Positions 57,000-64,000 of a stretch of DNA of 64,000 nt are shown in pieces. The stretch comes from Streptosporangiaceae bacterium. Its GTDB lineage: Bacteria > Actinomycetota > Actinomycetes > Streptosporangiales > Streptosporangiaceae. The position numbers and the translations under genes were made by a program. How positions within the stretch are numbered: the stretch's first letter is position 1; each line of letters opens with the position of its first letter. The notes below the pieces were generated by a model. The model worked only from the letters and a program-made list of their open reading frames with translations, did not search any database and was not told the DNA's origin. The stretch is taken from the NCBI GenBank assembly GCA_035642125.1, contig DASQSZ010000034.1:2977-66976 (forward strand), in the 5' to 3' direction.

Positions 57000-57347
57000 G
57001 GGCCTCTCAAGGGGTGTTTGTGCAGGTCAGGACTTTCGTAGCAATACCCCGCATTACCCCGCAGCGCTGTTTTTGGGGTTTTAGCAGGTCAGTGGGCTTA
57101 GGTCGCTTTTCACGCTTTTCCCGCAGGGTTGTGGGTGAGGGGGGTGGGTCAGGCGCGCGAGAATATGAAGTAAGTAAGTAATTACATTCCCTGTTCAGAG
57201 TGCATCTCTGTCCATCTGTTCGAACATTCGTTCTCCGGTTATCCACAGGCTGTGCACTCCTGCGTGTCCGCAGCGTCGACTTAAGCTGAATAAGCGTGAT
57301 AAGCCTGCTGGCCTGCGAAAACCGTTGCGGGAAAAGGGTCACGGCAC
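57000..57347. promoter_or_regulatory. non-coding iteron-like/AT-rich region (candidate origin of replication or late-operon control region)
   Basis: No credible ORF; CCCGCA-type motif x6 (57045, 57055, 57118, 57268, inverted 57325, 57350); GCAGGTCAG x2; AT-rich GAATATGAAGTAAGTAAGTAATTACATT at ~57160-57187. Confidence 0.4.
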
Positions 57348-58613
57348 TTACCCCGCAGTCCATGGGTTGGCGTCGGTCGGCGCGGGCTTGCGGCGGAAGA
57401 TGGTCGCGGGCCGGCCGCCGGTCGGAAGCTCGGCGGACTCGTACTCCTCCATGCCGGTCAGCAGATCCAGTAGCCGGTCGAGGTCGGTGCGGGACTTGTG
57501 GTTGCGGAACAGGTCCTTGGCGATCCGGTTGCGGCTGACACCTTTGAGGCCGTGGCCGTCGACGTATTCCATGAGCCGGCCGAGGTCGGGGTTTCCGCCG
57601 CTGCCGCCGAAGACGTAGTCGATGGTGGCGCGTACGTAGTTCCAGGCGGCGAGCGCCGCGATCAGGTGCTGCTCGTCGACTTCGTCGCGGCCGTCGAGCA
57701 GGGTGTAGATGACCGATAGGCGGATGACCTGGGGGACGGCGCGGGCGCAGATCCAGGCGACGGGGCCTTCGGGGAGGTTCTCGGGGGTGAGCTCGTCGTA
57801 GTAGTGGTGCCACAGCTTGCGGGCCGCGGGTGTGCGGGTGATGCGGCCGACGTTGCGGGTGCGCTGCTTGACGTCCTTGAGGCTGGCGGCGAGGTAGGCG
57901 AGGACGTCGTCGGGGATTCCACCGCCGTCGGGGAGCCGTTTGGAGCGCACGGAGTAGACGGGCAGGAAGCGGTTGATGGTGCCGCCGGCCATATCGGCCG
58001 CGGTGAGTTTGGCGACGAGCTCGGTGGGGGTGATCTGGCCGATGACGCCGATGTGGTGGCCTGTGGCGGTGAGGGCGTTGACCTTGCGGGTGAGGGTTTG
58101 GAGGCGTTTGCCGTCCCAGACGTCGCGGATGATGGGCGCGAGGGCGTTGCCTTCTTTGCGGGCACGGGTGAGCACGCTGGCGAATTCGGCCTCGATGATG
58201 ATGCGGCGTTTGTCGTGGACGCCTTCGTCGAAGCCGTCGGCTTCGGGGTCGAGGCCGTTGCCGTCGCGGACGAGTTCGATGAGGCCTTCGGGGGTGGATA
58301 GGCCGGAGACGATGTTGGTGGTGGCGAAGGTGATGTCGGCGGTTTCGAGGACGCGGGAGATGGCGTTCCAGCTGGTGCCTTTCATGCCGTTGGCGGTGGG
58401 GCCGACGATGAGGGGCCACAATCTGGCGGGGTGGATGGCGTCGCCGGCGAACATGTGGGCTTGGGGTTTGAGGTAGATGCCGGTGGCGGCGAGGAAGGTG
58501 AACAGGACTGCGGCGCGGCTGGCTTCGGTGTGGGGGTCGATGAGGTGTACGGCTTCGCCGGGGAGGCCGTGGAGGGCTGTTTCGGGGAGGCGGGGTGGTG
58601 GGGCTGTGGTCAT
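57348..58613 (-). CDS. DUF3987-like (YfjI-type) replication/helicase-like protein
   Basis: 421 aa; P-loop-like GPTANGMKGTS; overall pattern of DUF3987 proteins of phages and ICEs; C-terminal wHTH. Confidence 0.75.
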   Translation of the reverse strand: MTTAPPPRLPETALHGLPGEAVHLIDPHTEASRAAVLFTFLAATGIYLKPQAHMFAGDAIHPARLWPLIVGPTANGMKGTSWNAISRVLETADITFATTNIVSGLSTPEGLIELVRDGNGLDPEADGFDEGVHDKRRIIIEAEFASVLTRARKEGNALAPIIRDVWDGKRLQTLTRKVNALTATGHHIGVIGQITPTELVAKLTAADMAGGTINRFLPVYSVRSKRLPDGGGIPDDVLAYLAASLKDVKQRTRNVGRITRTPAARKLWHHYYDELTPENLPEGPVAWICARAVPQVIRLSVIYTLLDGRDEVDEQHLIAALAAWNYVRATIDYVFGGSGGNPDLGRLMEYVDGHGLKGVSRNRIAKDLFRNHKSRTDLDRLLDLLTGMEEYESAELPTGGRPATIFRRKPAPTDANPWTAG

Positions 58614-58978
58614 GCGGCGGCGCCGGGTGGGAGTGTCGCCCAGGGGTCGCGCGGCTCCTCGGGTTTCGGGGCCGGTTCCGGGCGGCTCATGCCGTAGCGT
58701 TCGCGGGCCGCTCGGCGGAGCTCGGCGAGCTGTTCGGGGGTGTGGTGGGGATATCGGAGGGCTTCGAGTTCGGCGTGGGTGGGGGTGATGGGGGCGGCGG
58801 TGCCGGCTTGTTCGTTGAGGACTTGGGCGCGGCCGACGTCGACGCCGGCGTCGAAGAAGAGGCGGGCGGCGTCGTTCCAGCCGCGGCGGTAGTTGTCTTC
58901 GTCCCGTTCGGCTTGGCTGGTGATGGCGTCCACGAGGGCCTGCGCCTGGGCGGCGGTGTGGTTTTGGGTGGTGCTCAT
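58610..58978 (-). CDS. hypothetical protein (122 aa)
   Basis: Start MSTTQNHTAAQ (58978); ends ...EEPRDPWATLPPGAAA; ATGA overlap downstream. Confidence 0.5.
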   Translation of the reverse strand: MSTTQNHTAAQAQALVDAITSQAERDEDNYRRGWNDAARLFFDAGVDVGRAQVLNEQAGTAAPITPTHAELEALRYPHHTPEQLAELRRAARERYGMSRPEPAPKPEEPRDPWATLPPGAAA

Positions 58979-59057
58979 CGGTCCCCCTGTGGCTGGTGTG
59001 GTTTGGAGGGTGTGGTCCTCCCTGGGGTTTCTTGCGGTGCGGGAAGGGGGCCGCGGC

Positions 59058-59399
59058 TTAGAACGGGCCGTCGCCGTCGAGGTCCGGCTCGTCGCGGTCG
59101 TACGGCTCGTGCTCGACGCGCGGAGTGGCGGACTCGAGCTCCCAGCGGTGGACGGGCTCGGGGCGGGCGTGGCGGGCGAATGCCTTGGCGATCTGTTCGG
59201 TGGTGGGGTGGATTCCGTAGAGCGCCTTGGGGTTGAACAGGTGGGTGTCGGTGAAGGTCCCGTTTTCGCCGGGGATGTCGATGCGGATGAATCCATCGCC
59301 GGCCAGTTCGGCTTCGGTGACGTAGCCGCCGAATCGTTTGTGTCCGAAGAGTTCGACGATGGCCCATTGGGCGAAGGCCTGGTTGGTCTGGTCGGTCAT
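59058..59399 (-). CDS. hypothetical protein (113 aa)
   Basis: Start MTDQTNQAFAQWAIVELFGHKRFGG (59399); ATGA overlap upstream. Confidence 0.5.
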   Translation of the reverse strand: MTDQTNQAFAQWAIVELFGHKRFGGYVTEAELAGDGFIRIDIPGENGTFTDTHLFNPKALYGIHPTTEQIAKAFARHARPEPVHRWELESATPRVEHEPYDRDEPDLDGDGPF

Positions 59400-59803
59400 G
59401 GCGTGTACTTCCGGGTAGGGATTCCAGCGCGTTCGGCGGCGTTGGCGCAGTGGGTGGCGCCGTGGGTTCCGTGGGTGCCTGGTTGGTGGCAGCGCCGGTC
59501 GGTGCACGGGTTGATGAAGGCGAGGCACAGGTCGGCGCCGAGGCCGACCATGTGGGCGTTGCGGAGGAAGCCGGCGCGGCGGCCGTGCTCACGCCAGTCG
59601 GCGGGATGGGGTTCGGCCTTGATTGCGTATTCCTGTGCCCACTCGTCGGCCATGGCGTCTGCGCCGCGCGGGCAGGCGCCATGCACGAGGATGACGTCGC
59701 GCAGCTCGTAGCCGGACTGATAGACCGCGTCGTCAAGGCAATCCCAGAGGCGGCCCTTGTCAGTCCAGGTGCGGGAGCCGGTGATCACGATGCGGTACGT
59801 CAT
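59396..59803 (-). CDS. DUF2493/SLOG-family protein with Cys/His-rich insertion
   Basis: IVITGSRTW...LVHGACPRGADAMADEWA...ADWREHGRRAGFLRN...DLCLAF matches DUF2493; extra CTDRRCHQPGTHGTHGATHC segment. Confidence 0.75.
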   Translation of the reverse strand: MTYRIVITGSRTWTDKGRLWDCLDDAVYQSGYELRDVILVHGACPRGADAMADEWAQEYAIKAEPHPADWREHGRRAGFLRNAHMVGLGADLCLAFINPCTDRRCHQPGTHGTHGATHCANAAERAGIPTRKYTP

Positions 59804-60006
59804 GGTGTAGCACCCTCAGCGATGGCGCGCGCCTCCTGGGTGGCGGTGCCGGGCGGCTGGTGTTGGCAGGGGCAGCCGCCGGGCTGGATCGCGTGGTCGC
59901 GGCAGGTGGCGGGGTCGTGGCCGAGCGGTGCGGCGGGGAGGCGCCGCAGGAGGATGGCTTGTTCGATGTCGGCGGCTTCGCGGCACGGCGGGCAGATGAG
60001 GGTCAC
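59800..60006 (-). CDS. small Cys-rich protein (68 aa)
   Basis: CPPC...C...CPC; ATGA overlaps on both sides. Confidence 0.4.
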   Translation of the reverse strand: MTLICPPCREAADIEQAILLRRLPAAPLGHDPATCRDHAIQPGGCPCQHQPPGTATQEARAIAEGATP

Positions 60007-60413
60007 GATGCGGCCTCCCGCCGGATGGGGATGGCGGCGGCGTATTCCTGGTAGATCCCGGCTTCTTTGAGGAGGTTGATGACGAGCCGCCCGGCTTTGG
60101 TGATCTTCCAGATGCGGCGGGGAGTCATGGTAAGGACTTGCTCGCCTGGCTTGCGGTGCTGGTCAAGGATGTGTTTGACCAGGCCGCGCCGTTCGAGGCC
60201 TTGGAGGCCTACGGCAGAGTTGTTCCAGGGGGCGCCGCGCGGGCTGCGGACGCGGCCCTGATCGAACTTGTCGGTTTTGGGGTCGATGGCCGGCTGGTTT
60301 TCTTTGAGGAGCAGGTCGAGGTAGACGAGTTGGGCGAGGTGGGTTTTGCCGAGGGTGAGTTGGAATCCGACGGCGGTGACGTGGTCGCGGAGGGCGTCGT
60401 TGATCTCGGTCAT
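60003..60413 (-). CDS. winged-helix DNA-binding-like protein (136 aa)
   Basis: GLQGLERRGLVKH...WKITKAGRLVINLL. Confidence 0.5.
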   Translation of the reverse strand: MTEINDALRDHVTAVGFQLTLGKTHLAQLVYLDLLLKENQPAIDPKTDKFDQGRVRSPRGAPWNNSAVGLQGLERRGLVKHILDQHRKPGEQVLTMTPRRIWKITKAGRLVINLLKEAGIYQEYAAAIPIRREAAS

Positions 60414-60853
60414 GGCAGCTTGATCCGTTCGTGCCAGGCCAGGTCACGGAGGGCTTGCGGCCAGGAGTTGAAGCGGATGCCGCGGTCGTCGATGTAGGCG
60501 ACGGCGGGGAGTTTCTGGTTGGTGACCAGCACCGCGGTCGTGTCGTTCCAGAACTTCGGCACGGTGGCCGGGTCTTCGTGCCAGGCCGTCTCGATTCCGC
60601 TGCGCTGTTTGATCCACCGCGCGACCTGGACCGGGTCGCGAGTCGTGTGGACGAAGATGGCCACCCCGGCGTCCATGAGGGCCCGGATGGCGTCGAGGGC
60701 GCCGGGGATCGGTTCGTCGTAGATGGTGCCGTCGGCCCAGCCTTTGGTGTAGGCGTGGATGACGCCGTCGAAGTCGACGGCGACGGTTTTGGGGTGGGCG
60801 GCGGCCCGGGCGGTGTTGGCCGCCCGGGCACCGCTTGGGATACCGCTCGTCAT
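60410..60853 (-). CDS. HAD-superfamily phosphatase (5'(3')-deoxyribonucleotidase-like)
   Basis: DxDG motif VAVDFDGVIH; HTTR; C-terminal YIDDR. Confidence 0.65.
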   Translation of the reverse strand: MTSGIPSGARAANTARAAAHPKTVAVDFDGVIHAYTKGWADGTIYDEPIPGALDAIRALMDAGVAIFVHTTRDPVQVARWIKQRSGIETAWHEDPATVPKFWNDTTAVLVTNQKLPAVAYIDDRGIRFNSWPQALRDLAWHERIKLP

Positions 60854-61671
60854 GCCGGGGTTCCATGCATGACCTTGCCCTTGGTCGCCTCCTCCACCTG
60901 CTTGACCACATCGAGCACCGCGTCACGGATCACCGCGGCCGGGTCGTCCAGCAGGTAGGCGACGAGGAGCTTGCCGTTCTCGACCCGGTACCGGAACCGG
61001 GCCGAGATCTCGTACGGGTCGGCGAACTCGAACGGCGCCACACCGATCTTGAAGGCGGTCGGGACGGCGATGTTGCCGGAGTTCCCGGCCGTCGCGTCGG
61101 TGGTCTCCTCGAAGTGCAGCTTGTGGTTGCCGTTGTCGAGGCGGACGTTGGAGGTGAACCGGACCTTGGTCGCCGTCTGGAAGTTCTGGACGACCTCGAG
61201 CATGGTGGCGCCGTTCGGGTCGCGGATGTCGTCGACGTGTTCCTCGACGAACTCGGCGAACGCTGATTGGGCGAACGGCTTGCCGTTCATGGCCATCCAG
61301 GCGTCCCACCGGTCGGTGGTCGGCAGGGTGAGGACGAGGCGGTGCTGTCCCCAGCGGGCCCCGTCGGCGCCGCCCTGGTTGGCGTCGAGGACGGCGGTGA
61401 GGTAGTGGCCGGTGATGTTGACGTAGATCTCGGTGCCGTCGTCGGAGTGCTTTTGGTAGTAGTGGAGGAAGGAGTCGAGGTCGTCGACGTAGACCTTCCC
61501 GGCCTTGTGTTTGGGCTGGTCGCGGTACTCATCGCCGGTCAGGTCGATCTGGTGGACGGCGCCGCCGGGGAGGGCCCAGCCGTAGATTTTGCCGGGCTCG
61601 AGCTCACGCGGGTCGGTGGTGGCGATCGCGGTTTCGACGATGGTCTGCATTTCGTTGTCGGTGGCGGTCAT
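60850..61671 (-). CDS. DUF2303 (YfdQ-like) family protein
   Basis: 273 aa; size and pattern (FLHYYQKH..., RVRFTSNVRLDNG, FEF...YEI..RFRYR) resemble phage YfdQ/DUF2303 proteins. Confidence 0.65.
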   Translation of the reverse strand: MTATDNEMQTIVETAIATTDPRELEPGKIYGWALPGGAVHQIDLTGDEYRDQPKHKAGKVYVDDLDSFLHYYQKHSDDGTEIYVNITGHYLTAVLDANQGGADGARWGQHRLVLTLPTTDRWDAWMAMNGKPFAQSAFAEFVEEHVDDIRDPNGATMLEVVQNFQTATKVRFTSNVRLDNGNHKLHFEETTDATAGNSGNIAVPTAFKIGVAPFEFADPYEISARFRYRVENGKLLVAYLLDDPAAVIRDAVLDVVKQVEEATKGKVMHGTPA

Positions 61672-61931
61672 GCGGTCTCTTTCGGATCGTGGGTTGGTGC
61701 GGGGTCTTGGTGGGCGGCGGCCTGGGCGGTGAAGTAAGCGGCCAGGGCGTTGTCGACGTGGTCTTGCGCGTTTTGCACGTCGGTCGAGGTGTCTTCGTCG
61801 AGGTAGTCGCGGCGCCAGTAGGCGGCGGCCAGGTCGAGCGCGGCGGCGACCACTTCATCGCGGGCGGCCTCCACGGCGAGGATCTGCTGCGCTTCGCGGA
61901 TGTCGTCGGCTGTCAGGTCGCCGGCGGTCAT
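61668..61931 (-). CDS. hypothetical acidic helical protein (87 aa)
   Basis: ORF-track entry with ATGA overlaps. Confidence 0.45.
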   Translation of the reverse strand: MTAGDLTADDIREAQQILAVEAARDEVVAAALDLAAAYWRRDYLDEDTSTDVQNAQDHVDNALAAYFTAQAAAHQDPAPTHDPKETA

Positions 61932-62308
61932 TGGCCGGCCTTGCGCAGCTCAGTGCCGGGCTCGGGCTTGTTGACGGTGCGCAGCGGCAGCTGCATTTGG
62001 CGGGGGTCGTCGCGGACGAGGTTGCCGTCGGAGTCGCTGAAGAACACCGACTCGACGGGCTCCTCCTCCGGCAGCTTCAGCGACCGGCGAGCCGTCACCG
62101 TCAGGGCGTTGTTGCCGCGCATGGGGGCGACGGTGAACTTGATGGTGAGCTCGCCTTTGCGGCCGTGCTCGCGGACGGCGGTGGTGAGGGTTTGCATGTC
62201 GGCGCTGAGTAGGTCGGCGAAGTCGCCGCCGTTGACGTCTTGGAGGACGGCGGCGAACGGGCGCACCTGCCCGGCGCCGTCGTTCTCGTTCTCGGGTGGT
62301 TGGGTCAT
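61928..62308 (-). CDS. hypothetical protein (126 aa)
   Basis: ORF-track entry with ATGA overlaps. Confidence 0.5.
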   Translation of the reverse strand: MTQPPENENDGAGQVRPFAAVLQDVNGGDFADLLSADMQTLTTAVREHGRKGELTIKFTVAPMRGNNALTVTARRSLKLPEEEPVESVFFSDSDGNLVRDDPRQMQLPLRTVNKPEPGTELRKAGQ

Positions 62309-63255
62309 GCGGAGTTCCTTCCTGCCCCGGTGGGCTCCTTGCTGCTGTTGTTGTGATGGGGGTAGGCGTTTTCGGTCGCGACCAGCAGCCGATGCCGTGC
62401 CATGAACGCCGCCGCCACTGGGCTGGACCCGGACGCGGCGGGTAGTGGGCTGGCGGCATAGCCGGCTTCAGTGAGGTGGTGGGCGACTTCGTTGAGTTCG
62501 GCGTGTGTTTCGCACGCCTGGATGGCGGTGATCCATTCCCGCTCGGCGGCGGTGGGCGGCCCGGCCGGTTCGGGATCTGACCCGGGTGGGGCGGGGGCTG
62601 CGGGTCGCGGTGGCGGGCCGGGGTTGGCGTCGTCGTGGGTCAGGCCGAGCACTTCGAGTACGAAGTCGGCGTCCGGGTCGTCCGGGGTGCGGGCGTTGCG
62701 AACGGCGAAGCGAGCGGCGAGGGCGAGTTCACGATCGACGCGGGGCCGGTCTTCGGGACGGATGGTGACGCCGGCCAGGATGTGATGGCCCTCGACGGCG
62801 GCGCCGCCGACGACGGGTTTCTTGGGGGTGGCGGCGGCGGCTTCGACTTGCCGGGTGGTGGCCATTAGGCGAGCACCTCCGCGAAACAGGCCCAGCTGCT
62901 CGGGACGCACCGGCGCCGAATGGCAGGCGTGGGGGCACACCCAACGGCACACCCGGTCCGCCAGCCACACCATCGCGATCCGTGGATACTTCGGGCCGAC
63001 AGCGTCCGTCGTCGGATGCTCGTACGGGCCGGCGAATACCGCCGGGTGGTAACCGGCGGGGGAGACGATGACGGTGGCGTAGATGTCGATCGGGGCGGAG
63101 CGCAGGCATCTGCCGCATTGGCCGGTCTTGCACCAGGTGCTCGGCCCGGCCTGGCACGGGCAGATGCTGTACGCCTGCGGGACCTCGCGGAACTCCTTGC
63201 GCATCGTGCCGGTCCAGGCGTGTTCGCGGACCCATGCAGCCTGGTCGGGTGTCAT
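62305..63255 (-). CDS. hypothetical protein with Cys-rich N-terminal domain and Pro-rich/helical C-terminal half
   Basis: 316-aa ORF; CPC...C...C..C and C...CPHAC clusters; internal MATTRQVEAAA could be a second start. Confidence 0.5.
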   Translation of the reverse strand: MTPDQAAWVREHAWTGTMRKEFREVPQAYSICPCQAGPSTWCKTGQCGRCLRSAPIDIYATVIVSPAGYHPAVFAGPYEHPTTDAVGPKYPRIAMVWLADRVCRWVCPHACHSAPVRPEQLGLFRGGARLMATTRQVEAAAATPKKPVVGGAAVEGHHILAGVTIRPEDRPRVDRELALAARFAVRNARTPDDPDADFVLEVLGLTHDDANPGPPPRPAAPAPPGSDPEPAGPPTAAEREWITAIQACETHAELNEVAHHLTEAGYAASPLPAASGSSPVAAAFMARHRLLVATENAYPHHNNSSKEPTGAGRNSA

Positions 63256-63791
63256 TGTGCGGTCACCTCCCTGCTGGTGTCTGTGTCATCACAGCGGGTG
63301 GCGGATGCTTGTGTCTCGGATGCGAACAAACGCGAAGGCTCGTCAAGGGGGTCGCCGTAGCCGGCGAGACGCAAATGCCGGACAAGATCGCCGAGCAGCA
63401 TTCGGACGGGTGGCCCGGTGTGCTCGATCCCGCCGTCGTAGGGCGACGACAAGTAGGCCGCGACGTCGAGCGGGAGGACCACCCACCAGCGGCCCGCGTT
63501 GGCCGGCCCGACGCCGCGCCGCTGCAGCACGAGGACACCGATGTCGGCGCGGGCGCGTTGTCGCTGCTTTTCCAGCTCGGCCAGCCATTGGGTGACCTGC
63601 TGGTCGCTGGCGTTCTTGGCCTGCTCGCCGCCTTTGACCGACCAGCAGAGGCCGGGGGTGCCGGCGATATCGCCGGCGTCTTGGATGCCGCGCAGAGCGC
63701 GGCGTTCGGCGTGCGGGAAGCCGTTGGTGTGGAGGTGGCGGACTGTGGCGGTTTCGCCTGCGGTGCCGATGTCTTTCGGCCGGCGCTTCAT
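63252..63791 (-). CDS. PD-(D/E)xK nuclease / Holliday-junction-resolvase-like protein
   Basis: GTAGETATVRHLHTNGFPHAERRALRGIQDAGDIAG...WSVKGG resembles Hjc/RecB-like resolvase motifs. Confidence 0.55.
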   Translation of the reverse strand: MKRRPKDIGTAGETATVRHLHTNGFPHAERRALRGIQDAGDIAGTPGLCWSVKGGEQAKNASDQQVTQWLAELEKQRQRARADIGVLVLQRRGVGPANAGRWWVVLPLDVAAYLSSPYDGGIEHTGPPVRMLLGDLVRHLRLAGYGDPLDEPSRLFASETQASATRCDDTDTSREVTAQ

Positions 63792-64000
63792 ACGACGACC
63801 TTTTCCGGTTGCTGGTCAGCGGCGTCTTCACCAATCACCAGCTGGCCGGGGATCGGCGGCGCGCACTTCGAGCACAACCGCCCGGCGACAGGGGGCGACC
63901 CGGGGGCGGTCGCGCCCCAGCCCCAGGTGCACCATTCCGGCGGGATCCCGCAGGCCCGTGCCTCAGCTTCGATCGCGTGGATCTGCTCGGCGATCTCGGG
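63788..64000 (-). CDS. hypothetical Cys-containing protein, C-terminal fragment (gene starts beyond the window)
   Basis: Open minus frame ...PEIAEQIHAIEAEARACGIPPEWCTWGWG...CSKCAPPIPGQLVIGEDAADQQPEKVVV*; ATGA overlap with the next gene. Confidence 0.4.
   Translation of the reverse strand, partial: PEIAEQIHAIEAEARACGIPPEWCTWGWGATAPGSPPVAGRLCSKCAPPIPGQLVIGEDAADQQPEKVVV

Larger units (their letters stand above)
20424..64000. mobile_element. siphovirus-type prophage (>43 kb, right end beyond window)
   Basis: tRNA-fragment border; full virion module (TerS, TerL, portal, protease, HK97-type capsid, tail tube, G/GT, TMP, tail proteins); amidase/holin lysis genes; early/replication genes. Confidence 0.85.

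Noticed and set aside
1-64000. CRISPR arrays, rRNA genes, IS elements/transposases, reverse transcriptases, integrase/excisionase, CI-type immunity repressor
   Set aside because: No regularly spaced direct repeats, transposase, RT or recombinase motifs were seen in any frame. The phage integrase and immunity region is presumably to the right of the window.

Overview
High-GC (~70%) actinomycete-type DNA in two parts. (1) 1-20.4 kb is ordinary chromosome. It carries an LCP cell-wall phosphotransferase, an OafA-type acyltransferase, NudC, an Lrp/AsnC regulator, a long PIMT-like methyltransferase, tRNA-Ser(GCU), an acyl-CoA synthetase and an ECF sigma factor. It also carries a Cys-rich DPBB protein with a MauE-like partner, a Zn-ribbon protein, an AAA ATPase, a divergent pirin/MarR pair, an M15 peptidase, a LysE exporter and a metallophosphoesterase. 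(2) From ~20.42 kb to the window edge (>43 kb) lies a siphovirus-type prophage. Its left border is a 3' fragment of a tRNA-Ser(UGA)-like gene, the putative attL. The integrase, the immunity genes and the other att site are not in the window. Virion, lysis and early genes are all on the minus strand (29.65-64 kb) and are tightly coupled through ATGA/GTGA overlaps. The order read right to left is early/replication genes, TerS, TerL, portal, protease, capsid, connectors, tail tube, G/GT chaperones, tape measure, tail proteins and lysis genes. The att-proximal arm (20.5-29.5 kb, mostly plus strand) carries a Streptomyces-type conjugation-like block, with a TraB/FtsK-like translocase, a DUF2637-like protein, Spd-like micro-ORFs, a KorSA-like GntR regulator and a clt-like repeat array. 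It also carries a DUF397/XRE-DUF5753 pair. The strongest leads are this phage-plus-conjugation hybrid, a 2H-phosphoesterase domain inside a portal-MuF fusion, a duplicated terminase 3' end bracketing an inserted cassette, an iteron/AT-rich ori-like region beside a DUF3987 gene, two tail-tube paralogues, and a micro-ORF coupled to the PIMT-like methyltransferase. All functional calls come from motif recognition by eye; no database search was run.
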